From NCBI GenBank assembly GCA_964575175.1, contig CAZNPX010000006.1, positions 28,578-92,577 on the forward strand: a DNA stretch of 64,000 bases. Direction: 5' to 3'. Origin of the DNA: an uncultured Hyphomicrobiales bacterium (lineage in GTDB: Bacteria > Pseudomonadota > Alphaproteobacteria > Rhizobiales > Xanthobacteraceae). Position numbers and translations under genes: made by a program. Below are positions 45,401-53,921 of this stretch, in pieces. The stretch's first letter is position 1, and every line of letters begins with the position of its first letter. A model generated the notes under the pieces. It was not told where the DNA came from. It ran no database searches and saw only the letters and a list, made by a program, of their open reading frames with translations.

Positions 45401-45864
45401 GCGGCGAGCTTGTCGCGGCGCGGGTGAATGTCGGGCGCATTAGGCGCAAGCGCGGCCTCCACCGTGACCGCGGCCCGCTGTTCCCTGTAGCGGATCGCGA
45501 CCGCGCGCACGCCGAGCCAGGCGGCCTGCGCCGATTCCGCCGCGACGGCCGCGACTTCTTCGCCGTAGAAGCGCACCTTGTCGGTCGCCATCGCGTGGCG
45601 GTCGGAATAGGCCGGGCCGTAATTCACGTAGCGCGAGCCGCTGAAATCCGATGCAACGACGGCATCGACCACGCCCGCCACGGCGAGCGCCGGCTTCAGA
45701 TCGATATCGAGAATGTCGGCGGCGGCGTGCGGGCTGCGCAGCACCGCGCAATAGAGCATCCCCGGGAGCACGATGTCGTGCGTGAACTGCGCGGCGCCGG
45801 TGACTTTCGTCCGCGCCTCGATCTGCGGCACGCGCTGCCCGATGGTGCCGAGCGGGCCGCTCAT
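42487..45864 (-). CDS. xanthine-dehydrogenase-family molybdopterin subunit fused to an FAD-binding (CoxM/HcrB-like) subunit with a Cys-rich insertion
   Basis: Start reset to ATG 45864 (ATGA overlap with the upstream 2Fe-2S gene). Residues ~1-750 form the Mo subunit (GGGFGGK, ...GAKAAGEPT...). A ~50-aa linker follows, then the FAD domain (FLGGGTDLLPGIRQG). No stop codon between the two parts. Confidence 0.85.
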   Translation of the reverse strand: MSGPLGTIGQRVPQIEARTKVTGAAQFTHDIVLPGMLYCAVLRSPHAAADILDIDLKPALAVAGVVDAVVASDFSGSRYVNYGPAYSDRHAMATDKVRFYGEEVAAVAAESAQAAWLGVRAVAIRYREQRAAVTVEAALAPNAPDIHPRRDKLAANVAQLVDISLGDVEKGLKDAALIVEGRFEHGVVWPVCMETNAAVASFDAASGKLEVWCGTQAPFFVRKELARVLDLEPGRIVVRPVAIGGGFGGKSQAPEQIAIAALLSKRTGRPVKVVLSRDEEYIAGKSDHAKSMSLRTAVDAKGNILARTVDAIVDNGAYTHMGPVYVSAVRQRTANLYRVGAAGVRAKLVYTNKLPGGSYRGMGAPGIIWAIETQVDEIAARLKLDPVEYRLRIANQPGDLTPLGWKITSCGLSDCLRKAAERIGWADKKGKLPPYRGIGIASMIHPSGSVLYAEGNFSNIAVELQPDGRMQIFTQTADAGTWQNTILAQLVAETLGVSMEGISVVHMDTELGPDDLGSAASRVTFVTGNAAIAAGKELVSRLRQRIAEEWNIAAEEIGYDAGTFSHPHDERRELTLSQAGQRFGTLRVEGRYEIGLERPDPVTGYGNYAAAYAFGAQAVEVEVDPGTGHVTILNIASAQDVGRVINPTALEGQTYGGIMQGVGMALSEDVVFENGRPVNRSLINYRVPRIADTPNISIDFIETADALGPFGAKAAGEPTINATVAAVANAVADAVGVRFHKLPITPEAVLAAIAQNGRPARSLKPYLRPLNAEIAAVRKLYPVMAPVMKKAGKYLGRSRPRVRAFETVVAGTVADAVAQASASEGSRFLGGGTDLLPGIRQGVYGPPKLIAYGNTPGVKEIVLAGEFLKVGAAVTVSTLIEHALIEKNFLGLAKGAALIATQQIRNRATVAGDLCQEKRCWFFRSATPCYRFSGPACPCYAVLGDNRHHSIMGAGRCAAPCVSDLAPMLACLDAQVVTAGPERARRIPVEQLYVWAGETVLEPAELITAIEIPKPRAGASFHYEKYARWRGDFAEASAAVRLMGSKQKLTDAAIVLGGVAPTPARAVHSEKILRGAALTPQTIEAAAAASVYGALPLEHNHYKTELTVTVVARAIEAAVEGLPGA

Positions 45865-46373
45865 GCTGCTTCGGCCACGGCGGCGCGAACCGCTTTCAAT
45901 ATCTGCGCGTAGCCGGTGCAGCGGCAGATGTTGCCCTGCAAGGCGTGCCGAATCGCCTCGTCGCTGGGATCGCGGCGCTTCGCAAGCAGCGCATAGGCGG
46001 ACATGATCATGCCGCTGGTGCAGAAGCCGCACTGAAATCCGCCGTGCTCGATGAACGCGCGCTGAAGCGCATGAAGCGCGCCGTTGCGCTCCAGCCCCTC
46101 GATGGTCTGCACGGAGGAGCCGGACACCGTGCAGGCGAGCGTGACGCAGGAGCAGACCGCGGCATCGTCCAGCATGACGGTGCAGGCGCCGCACTCGCCG
46201 CTGTTGCAGCCCACCTTGGTGCCGCGCAACTGCAAGCGGTCGCGCAGGATGTCGGCCAGCGATTCATGCTGCCCGACGACCAGTTCCCGGTCGGCGCCAT
46301 TCACCGACAGGCGAATTGCGGTCGATCCGCTTTCGCTTTCCGGTTGGCTCGGATCGGGCAACACGGCGCTCAT
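45861..46373 (-). CDS. (2Fe-2S)-binding small subunit (module B)
   Basis: Last 170 codons of a spurious 715-aa ORF. Motifs CNSGECGACTV and CGFCTSGM...CRCTGY. ATGA overlaps at both ends. Confidence 0.9.
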   Translation of the reverse strand: MSAVLPDPSQPESESGSTAIRLSVNGADRELVVGQHESLADILRDRLQLRGTKVGCNSGECGACTVMLDDAAVCSCVTLACTVSGSSVQTIEGLERNGALHALQRAFIEHGGFQCGFCTSGMIMSAYALLAKRRDPSDEAIRHALQGNICRCTGYAQILKAVRAAVAEAA

Positions 46374-48634
46374 CCCATCAATATTTTCTCGGCCGTAACC
46401 GGAAGATGCGTGATCCGTTTGCCGCAGGCGGCGGCGACCGCGTTCGCGACCGTCGCCGGCGGCTGCATGCAGGGCGGCTCTCCGACCCCCTTGGCGCCGT
46501 AAGGCCCCGCGACCGACGGATGCGTCACCATGATTACGTCGATCTGCGGCACATCCATGATCGTCGGCATCTTGTAGTCGGTCAGGTTGCCGTTCTGGAC
46601 GTGGCCGTTGACCATGATGAGTTCCTCGAACAGCGCCTGCCCGATGCCCTGCACTGCGCCGCCTTCGAGCTGGCCTTCGAGATAAGTCGGGTTGATCGCG
46701 TAGCCGACATCCTGGGCGACGACGTAGCGATGGATCGTCACCTCGCCCAACACTTCGTCCACGGAAACATCGGTCGCGTGAACGTGGAAGCTCGGCGACG
46801 GCCAGCTCGGCGAGAAATGGTTCTGCACGCGGGAGGCGTCGTGCTCGACCGCCGGCGCGATATAGGTCGCTTCCGCGATCAGCCCGCCACCGCCGGCATT
46901 GGCCTGCGTCGCCAACTCGGCAAACGAAATCTTCTTGTCGCCGTTCCAGAACGCCTTGGCACGCATTTCGAGCGCATCTTCCGCGACATTCAGCGCCTTG
47001 GCCGCGCGCGTGCGCAGCTTCGCGAGCAGGTCGCGCGCCGCCGCGCGCGATGCGTTGGCGACCGCGAACATGGTGCGGCTGCCCTGCGAACCGAAATCGT
47101 AGGGCGTGGTGAGCGAGTCGGCGCTGACGACGTTCACGTCCGTCAGGGCCATGCCCATTTCCTCGGCGACGACCTGCGCCGCGCCGGTCAAGGCGCCGGT
47201 GCCCATTTCGACCACGCCGACCATCATGGTCAGCGTGCCGTCCTGCATCAGTTTCAGATAAGCACCCGACGAGCCGCGCGAGGTCATCCACCAGCCGCAT
47301 GCTAGCCCCTTGCCGCGGTTGCGCGCGGGCCTGCGCTCGCTCCAGCCGATGGCGGCGGCGGCCTTTTCGAGGCACTCCGCAAGCCCGACGCTGGTCATCT
47401 TCTGCCCGTTCACGGCGGTGTCGCCCTCGCGCAGAATGTTGCGCATCCGGATTTCCAGCGGATCGATGCCGAGATCGTCGGCGATCATATCCATCTGCGA
47501 CTCGGAGGCGAAATTTGGCATGGGCCCCGAAGGCGCGCGCACCGAACCGTTCGGATGATTGTTGGTGTAGACCGCGATGCCTTCGATATGCGCGTTCGGA
47601 ATCCGGTACGGCCCGGAAAGGATCATGGTCGCGGTCGAGGCGACCAGCGGGCCGGAGCCCGAGCAGGCGCCCGCATCGACCACGATGCGGCCCTGCTTCG
47701 CGACGATCCGGCCGTCCCTGTCGACGCCGGTTTTCAACTCGATCGTTGCCGGCTGCCGAAACAGCGCGGCGGTCAATTCCTCTTCGCTGGTGGACATCAC
47801 GCGCACCGGCCGCTTGGCGGCGCGCGCCAGCGCCATCGCATAATGCTCCATGCCGAGCCGCAGCTTGCCGCCGAAACCGCCGCCGATGCCCGGCACGATC
47901 ACGCGGATATGCGACGGCGGCACGCCGAAGATCTCGGCCAGCGTGCTTTGCGTATCGAACAGGAGTTGCGCGTTGCACCACACCGTCGCCTGATCGGGAC
48001 CGGTCCATTGCGCGACCGCGACGCGCGGCTCGGTATAGCCGGCGTGAACCGGGCTGGTCCGGAAGGTGTGCTCGTAGACACGAAAGCTGTTGCGGAAGCC
48101 TTCCTCGACGTCGCCGAACTTGATGACGGTGCGGCCGCAGCGGTTGGCGTCGCGGGAAATGATCGGCGCCGCCTTCAGGTTCTGCCAGTCGGGATGCACG
48201 AGCGGCGCATCGGGCTCGAGTGCCGCGACGGCATCGAAGACCGCGGGCAGCGGCTCATAATCGACCTCGATCGCGCGCAACGCGCGCTCGGCGGCGTCGG
48301 GCGTATCGGCGGCAATCGCCGCGACCGCCTGGCCTACGTGATAGACGCGCTCGGTCGCGAATACCTCGAAGTCCTTGATGAAGTTGCCGAAGCGATTCAG
48401 CTTCTGGCTCGCGCCGGTGACGATGGTCCGCACGCCGGGCATCTTGCGCGCGGCGGCGACATCGATGCGCGTGATTTTCGCGTGCGCGTGCGGGCTGCGC
48501 AGCACGCGGCCGTGCAGCATTCCCGGCAGCGAAAAATCCGACGCATAGACCGCGGCGCCCGTCACCTTGCCGGCGCCGTCGAGCCGGTTCAGCCGTCTTC
48601 CGACGACGTGATAAATTGGAGGAGATGCGTTCAT
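46370..48634 (-). CDS. xanthine-dehydrogenase-family molybdopterin-binding large subunit (module A)
   Basis: Start reset to ATG 48634 (MNASPPIYHVVGRRLNRLDGAGKVTGAAVYASD). GGGFGGK and GAKGVGEPP motifs. ATGA overlap with the 2Fe-2S gene. Confidence 0.9.
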   Translation of the reverse strand: MNASPPIYHVVGRRLNRLDGAGKVTGAAVYASDFSLPGMLHGRVLRSPHAHAKITRIDVAAARKMPGVRTIVTGASQKLNRFGNFIKDFEVFATERVYHVGQAVAAIAADTPDAAERALRAIEVDYEPLPAVFDAVAALEPDAPLVHPDWQNLKAAPIISRDANRCGRTVIKFGDVEEGFRNSFRVYEHTFRTSPVHAGYTEPRVAVAQWTGPDQATVWCNAQLLFDTQSTLAEIFGVPPSHIRVIVPGIGGGFGGKLRLGMEHYAMALARAAKRPVRVMSTSEEELTAALFRQPATIELKTGVDRDGRIVAKQGRIVVDAGACSGSGPLVASTATMILSGPYRIPNAHIEGIAVYTNNHPNGSVRAPSGPMPNFASESQMDMIADDLGIDPLEIRMRNILREGDTAVNGQKMTSVGLAECLEKAAAAIGWSERRPARNRGKGLACGWWMTSRGSSGAYLKLMQDGTLTMMVGVVEMGTGALTGAAQVVAEEMGMALTDVNVVSADSLTTPYDFGSQGSRTMFAVANASRAAARDLLAKLRTRAAKALNVAEDALEMRAKAFWNGDKKISFAELATQANAGGGGLIAEATYIAPAVEHDASRVQNHFSPSWPSPSFHVHATDVSVDEVLGEVTIHRYVVAQDVGYAINPTYLEGQLEGGAVQGIGQALFEELIMVNGHVQNGNLTDYKMPTIMDVPQIDVIMVTHPSVAGPYGAKGVGEPPCMQPPATVANAVAAACGKRITHLPVTAEKILMG

Positions 48635-49107
48635 TTTCCGCTCATCGTTTGGGCGGCTTCGTGCACCGCTTCGACAATCTTGGTGTAGCCGGTGCAGCGG
48701 CAGAGCGTGCCGCACAGGCCTTCGCGGATTTCGTCATGGGTCGGCGAAGGATTTTCCTTCAGGAACCCGGCTGCCGCCATGATCATGCCCGGAATGCAAT
48801 AGCCGCACTGCACCGCGCCGCGATCGAGGAATGCCTGTTGCAGCGCGTGAAGCTTCTCGCCGTCGCCAAGACCTTCGATGGTCGTGATCTCGGCGCCACG
48901 GCATTGCGCGGCCAGAAGGATGCACGAATTGACCACGCGGCCGTTCATGAGCACCGCGCAGACGCCGCACTCGCCTTCCAGGCAGTTCGATTTCGCGCCG
49001 GTCAGCGTCAGCTCGTTGCGCAGCACATCGAGCAGGGTGTCGGACTCGTTCGCCCGCACCTCCCACTGCTCGCCGTTTACCGTCAGGGTCAGTTCATGCA
49101 TCGCCAT
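48631..49107 (-). CDS. (2Fe-2S)-binding small subunit (module A)
   Basis: Motifs CLEGECGVCAV and CGYCIPGM...CRCTGY. Start set to ATG 49107 (alternative 49101), 6 nt after the FAD-subunit stop. Confidence 0.9.
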   Translation of the reverse strand: MAMHELTLTVNGEQWEVRANESDTLLDVLRNELTLTGAKSNCLEGECGVCAVLMNGRVVNSCILLAAQCRGAEITTIEGLGDGEKLHALQQAFLDRGAVQCGYCIPGMIMAAAGFLKENPSPTHDEIREGLCGTLCRCTGYTKIVEAVHEAAQTMSGK

Positions 49108-49112
49108 CACCG

Positions 49113-49970
49113 TCACGAGATTTCCGCGCATTGCGAAATCGCGCGCTTCACCAGTCCTTCGACAACCTTGGTCCGATAGGCCGCGGAGGCGCGCGGATCC
49201 GAGCGCGGGCTGCACTCGGCCTTGGCCTGTTCCGCCGCGCGCGCGATCAGCGCCGCGTCGAGCTTCGCGCCCTCGAGCAGGCGCTCCGCCGCCTTCGCGC
49301 GCAACGGCCGCGGGCCGACCGCGCCGAGCGCGATGCGGGCGCTTTCGCAAATGCCGCCGGCGCTTACCCGAAGGCTTACCGCCGCCGACACCACGGAGAT
49401 TTCCATGGCCTTGCGGCGCCCCACCTTCAGGAACACGCTGCGCGCGCCCTCGCCGGGCCGGTCCAGCTCCACGCCCTCGATCAGTTCGGCGGGCGCGAGC
49501 GTGGTCTTTCCGGAAGTCACGAAGAGATCGTCGATCGCGATCAGGCGTGTGCCACCTGGTCCGCGCGCAACAATTCTTGCATCCAGCGCCAGCAAGGCGA
49601 CCGCGACATCGGCCGCGGGCGAGGCATTCGCGAGATTGCCGCCGACCGTGCCGACATTGCGGATCTGATGCCCGCCGACAACGCGCGCGGCGGCGCGAAG
49701 CGCGGGAAAATCCTGGCTCAGTCCGGAATGCAGTTCCGCGTCCTTATGCGTGCAGAGCGCGCCGATGCGATAGCCGCGCTCATGCGCCTCGATTCCGCGC
49801 AACGACGAAATGCCGGAAAGGTCGATCAGGTGGTCGGCCGTGCGAACGCCGCGGCGGATCTGGATCACCAGATCGGTGCCGCCGGCGATATAGCGCCAGC
49901 CGTCCTTCAATCCCGCCGCCAGTTCCAGCGCGTGCGCGGACGATTTTGCGGAATGCAGATTGAACCTCAT
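49113..49970 (-). CDS. FAD-binding subunit (CoxM-like) of molybdo-hydroxylase (module A)
   Basis: 285-aa ORF with IAGGTDLVIQIRRG and the canonical uninterrupted IRNVGTVGGNLANASPAADVAVALLALDA. Confidence 0.9.
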   Translation of the reverse strand: MRFNLHSAKSSAHALELAAGLKDGWRYIAGGTDLVIQIRRGVRTADHLIDLSGISSLRGIEAHERGYRIGALCTHKDAELHSGLSQDFPALRAAARVVGGHQIRNVGTVGGNLANASPAADVAVALLALDARIVARGPGGTRLIAIDDLFVTSGKTTLAPAELIEGVELDRPGEGARSVFLKVGRRKAMEISVVSAAVSLRVSAGGICESARIALGAVGPRPLRAKAAERLLEGAKLDAALIARAAEQAKAECSPRSDPRASAAYRTKVVEGLVKRAISQCAEIS

Positions 49971-49974
49971 GGCG

Positions 49975-51009
49975 TCAGTTCTTCATGTGCTTCGACGCGG
50001 GCTGCCACGCCTCGGAAACGAAACGCTCAAGCGTCTGCTGAACCGTGACGCCCTTTGCCGGCAGCGCCGAAAGAATGACGCCGCCGATTCCGGCTTCGAA
50101 CAGCGAGATCAATTGCGCCTTGATGTCCCCGGGCGTTCCCACGAGCGAGATGGCCCTGATCATCGCGTCGGAGATTTCCGCGCGGATGGCCTCGTAGGGT
50201 GCGGCACCCTCCTTGTAGGCGACATGCGCGACACTCTCGAGAACCGCCGCCGGAACGGCCAGACCCTGCTGCTCCAGCGTATCGAAATGCGTGCGGCCCG
50301 ATGCGAGCGTGCGCGCGGCGCGCAGCCGCAGCGCGTCGTAGGCGTCGGCCGGATTGTCGCTGAGCGATACGTTCAGGCGCGCGACCAGCCGCACGTCCTG
50401 CGGCTTGCGACCGGCGGCAACGGCCGTCTCCGCGATGCGGGCGGCGAAGGATTTTGCTTCCAGCGCATTGCCGCAGGCTTCCATGATGACGGCATCGGCA
50501 AGTCGCGCGCCGAGCTGCTGCACCTGCGGGCCGTTGCCCGCGAGCCAGACCGGCAAATCCGGCCGCGCCGGCTTGAAGCCGAGCTTGCCGGCCGCGAATT
50601 TCACGATCTCGCCGTCGTAGGAAACCTCGTCGCCGCCCGACATCGCGCGAATGAGTTCAATCGATTCACGCAGCGCGCGCACCGGCTTCGGCCGCGGCGT
50701 GCCCATCTCGGCAAAGCCGGAAACGCCGGCGCCAAGCCCGAGAATCGCGCGGCCGCGCGAAATGTCGTCGAGCGTATGGATCGCCATCGCCGTGAGCGCG
50801 GGGTGGCGGGAAAAGGGATCCGTGACGCAGGGACCGACATTGATCCGCTTCGTCTTCATCGCGATCACGGTGAGCAGCGAATAGACTTCGCGATAGAAGC
50901 GCTCGTCCGCCATCCAGACATCGGTGAAGCCGAGATCTTCAGCGAAGGCGGCAAGGTCCGCGTGAACGAACGGGTCCGAGTGTCCCGCCATCAGGATGCC
51001 GAGCGTCAT
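49975..51009 (-). CDS. LLM-class (luciferase-like) oxidoreductase, probably F420-dependent (Mer-like)
   Basis: 344-aa TIM-barrel LLM pattern (FTDVWMADERF..., ILGLGAG...). F420 specificity is inferred from context only. Confidence 0.8.
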   Translation of the reverse strand: MTLGILMAGHSDPFVHADLAAFAEDLGFTDVWMADERFYREVYSLLTVIAMKTKRINVGPCVTDPFSRHPALTAMAIHTLDDISRGRAILGLGAGVSGFAEMGTPRPKPVRALRESIELIRAMSGGDEVSYDGEIVKFAAGKLGFKPARPDLPVWLAGNGPQVQQLGARLADAVIMEACGNALEAKSFAARIAETAVAAGRKPQDVRLVARLNVSLSDNPADAYDALRLRAARTLASGRTHFDTLEQQGLAVPAAVLESVAHVAYKEGAAPYEAIRAEISDAMIRAISLVGTPGDIKAQLISLFEAGIGGVILSALPAKGVTVQQTLERFVSEAWQPASKHMKN

Positions 51010-52142
51010 TATTGCGTCGTCCTCATTGGAATGTAATCGATGTCGAAGCCGTAGTGGCGCGGGCCGAGCGCCTCGACGAATTGCGGCGTGCGGTGGGCGC
51101 TCGCGGCCGGCGCCGCGATGACGGCGACGTCGGTTCCGGCTTCCAGGTTGGTGTTGGTGTAAGGCTCGCCGGTTTCGGCATCGACGACGCAGATCAGGTC
51201 CGGCGCGGTGTAGCGCGGCTCGCCGCCGATCCAGACGATATGGTTCTCGTTCTTCAGGAAGATGCGCGCCTCGGGATGACCCGGGGCCGCGATGCGAAGC
51301 TCACCGAACATGTAGCCGTCGCGGCTTTCCCAGTCTTTCGCCGCCACCGTTCCCCGATAGACCACCTCGCCGCCGAGTTCCTGCGCCGCGCGAAGCGCGG
51401 GGTCATCCTGCGCGACTCTCGCGGCGGCGATCGAGCGGCCGATCCGCAAGGCGCGCGTGAGCCCGCCCGCGATCGCCACGCGCTTCAGGGTTCGTCCATC
51501 GACGATGAAGGCCGCGCGCGCGCACTGGGCGCGCATGTCCGCGAGCTTGGTGACGGAGCTGATGGCCTTGCCCAGCCGTTCGGCCTGCTTGGGGCTGTGA
51601 CACTTCGAGATCGTGACCAGGCTGCCCCAGGGATCCGCGAACACGGCGGGCGCAAAAGAAACGCCGGCCAGCGCCACCGTGCTCTGGCTCATTTCCGGAA
51701 TTGCACGGCCTGCGCAATCGCAATCGATCATGTCGATCCCGGCGGCGAGCGCGGTCGCAAACGGCGTCGTCGTATTTCCGGCGCCGAGTTCGATGGGGAA
51801 GACGCCGGAGATGGTCTTGTTCGATTGCCGCTCGAGCTCGCGCAACGCCAGCAACATCGGCGGCGTATCGTCCATTTCCTTCGGATAGCCGGCCGCGATG
51901 CGTTCCGGCTGGCTCATCGGCTGCGTGGGCGCGATGGATCCGAGCCCCGACAGCGAGCAGAAATAGGCGTCGTCCGAAATCGACTCCAGCGCGCGCCAGC
52001 GCGGATGTTCGCCCCGTTCGATCCAGGGTCCGAGCGCCGCAAACCCCGCCTCCGGCCGGCCGCCGCCGCCGGTGCCCAGCAGCGTCAGACCCCGGATAAA
52101 ATCCGCCAGATCTTCGGGAGACCTCAGCTCATTGCCGGACAT
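51009..52142 (-). CDS. DUF917 family protein
   Basis: Start reset to ATG 52142 (MSGNELRSPEDLADFIRGLTLLGTGGGG, the usual DUF917 N-terminus). TAATG overlap with the downstream LLM gene. Confidence 0.75.
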   Translation of the reverse strand: MSGNELRSPEDLADFIRGLTLLGTGGGGRPEAGFAALGPWIERGEHPRWRALESISDDAYFCSLSGLGSIAPTQPMSQPERIAAGYPKEMDDTPPMLLALRELERQSNKTISGVFPIELGAGNTTTPFATALAAGIDMIDCDCAGRAIPEMSQSTVALAGVSFAPAVFADPWGSLVTISKCHSPKQAERLGKAISSVTKLADMRAQCARAAFIVDGRTLKRVAIAGGLTRALRIGRSIAAARVAQDDPALRAAQELGGEVVYRGTVAAKDWESRDGYMFGELRIAAPGHPEARIFLKNENHIVWIGGEPRYTAPDLICVVDAETGEPYTNTNLEAGTDVAVIAAPAASAHRTPQFVEALGPRHYGFDIDYIPMRTTQ

Positions 52143-52379
52143 AGGTGTCTCAATAATTGCGACAAATATCTCATTTTCTGAGACATCATTAGGAACGCCG
52201 GGAGAGTGAGTCAATCCCGGCGCGCGCAATACCTCTGCAAAGCCCGCGTCTGCGCGGCTTCGGCGTGCCTCTATTCGCAGCAGTTGGGGTGTTGCGCGCC
52301 TGGCGCGGAACGGGCGAAGCCCGCGGACGCGCGGGGTCCGCGGACTTCGGCCGGGCAATCGATGCCAGGCGCGAACGAC

Positions 52380-52400
52380 CCGCCGGCGACGTCGGCGGGC
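52380..52400 (-). terminator. GC hairpin just after the tctA stop (possible attenuator/mRNA stabiliser; no U-tract)
   Basis: CCCGCCG-N7-CGGCGGG. A second hairpin, CCGCGGAC-N7-GTCCGCGG, lies at 52321..52343. Confidence 0.3.
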
Positions 52401-52403
52401 GCG

Positions 52404-53921
52404 CTAGGAATTATCGGGCTGCGCGTATTTCTGGCTTCGCCCCGCCTTGAAGTAGGAATAGGCGGTGTAGGTCAGCACGATCGCGGTCACGCCGATGATC
52501 GCGGACGAGATCGGGCGCATCACGATGATGCCGATGTTGCCGTCGCCCATCAGCAGCGCCTGCCGCAAGGACGTATCCATGATGTTCGCGAGGATGAACG
52601 CCATGGCGAAGGGACCGGCATCGAGCGCGGCCTTGCGCAACAGGTAGCCCACGCCGCCCGCCGCCATCAGCAGGCCGACATCGGCCCAGTTGTTGCGAAG
52701 GCTGTAGGTGCCGAATATCGCGACGAGCAGAACCGCAGGGCCCAGAATCCAGACCGGCACGCGCAGGAGCTGCACCCACAACCCGACCAGCGGCAGGTTG
52801 AGAATGAGCAGCATCACGTTGCCGACATACATCGACGCGATCACGCCCCAGAAAATATCCGGATGCTTGACCAGCATCAGCGGTCCCGGCTGCACGTTCT
52901 GAATGAGAAGGCCCGCGAACAGAACCGCGGTAACGGCATTGCCGGGAATGCCCAGCGTGAGCAGCGGAATGAAGGACGAAGACGCGGCGGCGTTGTTCGC
53001 GGCTTCCGGGCCGGCGACGCCGGCAATCGCGCCGTGGCCGAATTTCTCCGGCGTTTTCGAAAGCTTCTTCTCGACCGTGTAGCTCAGGAGCGAACCGATG
53101 ATCGCGCCGCCGCCCGGTATCAGGCCGACGACAAAGCCGAGCACCGAACCGCGCCCGATCGCGCCGGAAGATTCCTTCCACTCCTCGCGATTGGGCAGCA
53201 GGCGGCCGATCTTGGATTTCAGGATCGACAGGTCGCCCTTCTGCTCGAGGTTGTAGAGAATCTCGCCGATGCCGAACAAGCCCATCAACAGCGGCACCAA
53301 ATCGATGCCGTCCGCAATCGTCGGCATGCCCATGGTGAAGCGGTCGACGCCAGTCACGGTGTCGGTGCCGACCAGGCCGAAAAGAACGCCGAGGACGACC
53401 ATGCAGAGCCCGCGCGTCGGCGAGCCGCCGCCGATGGTCGCGCTGAGCACGAGGCCGAAAATCGCAAGCGCGAAATATTCGGGAGGACCGAACGACACCG
53501 CGAAATTCGCGAAGGCCGGGCCGACGAAACTCAGCGCCACGACCGCGCCGGTGCCGGCAATGAACGATCCGATCGCAGCGATGGAAAGCGCGGGACCGGC
53601 CCGGCCCTGCTTCGCCATCTCGTAGCCGTCGATGCAGGTGATGACCGACGCCGCCTCGCCCGGCACGCGAAGCAGGATCGATGTCGTCGAGCCGCCATAC
53701 ATCGCGCCGTAATAGATCGACGCCAGCATGATGATCGCGCCGAGCGGGTCGCCGACCTGAAAGGTCAGCGGCAGCAGCACGGCGATGGTGGTGATCGGCC
53801 CGAGCCCGGGCAACACGCCGACGAGGGTGCCGAGCAGGCAGCCCATGAACGCATACAGCAGATTCTGCGGCAGCACCGCGAGCGAAAGCCCGTAGAAGAT
53901 TTGCTGAAGGGAATCGAACAT
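52404..53921 (-). CDS. tctA: tripartite tricarboxylate transporter large permease TctA
   Basis: Start reset to ATG 53921 ([42 protein letters not shown]). ~505-aa polytopic protein. TAATG overlap with tctB. Confidence 0.9.
   Translation of the reverse strand: MFDSLQQIFYGLSLAVLPQNLLYAFMGCLLGTLVGVLPGLGPITTIAVLLPLTFQVGDPLGAIIMLASIYYGAMYGGSTTSILLRVPGEAASVITCIDGYEMAKQGRAGPALSIAAIGSFIAGTGAVVALSFVGPAFANFAVSFGPPEYFALAIFGLVLSATIGGGSPTRGLCMVVLGVLFGLVGTDTVTGVDRFTMGMPTIADGIDLVPLLMGLFGIGEILYNLEQKGDLSILKSKIGRLLPNREEWKESSGAIGRGSVLGFVVGLIPGGGAIIGSLLSYTVEKKLSKTPEKFGHGAIAGVAGPEAANNAAASSSFIPLLTLGIPGNAVTAVLFAGLLIQNVQPGPLMLVKHPDIFWGVIASMYVGNVMLLILNLPLVGLWVQLLRVPVWILGPAVLLVAIFGTYSLRNNWADVGLLMAAGGVGYLLRKAALDAGPFAMAFILANIMDTSLRQALLMGDGNIGIIVMRPISSAIIGVTAIVLTYTAYSYFKAGRSQKYAQPDNS

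Noticed and set aside
45861-48008. 715-aa ORF suggesting a giant FeS fusion protein; likewise the N-terminal extensions of ORFs 42487..46194, 46370..48715 and 48631..49350
   Set aside because: The upstream parts are out-of-frame read-through of the neighbouring Mo-subunit genes. The real starts are the ATGs that form ATGA overlaps with the preceding stops.
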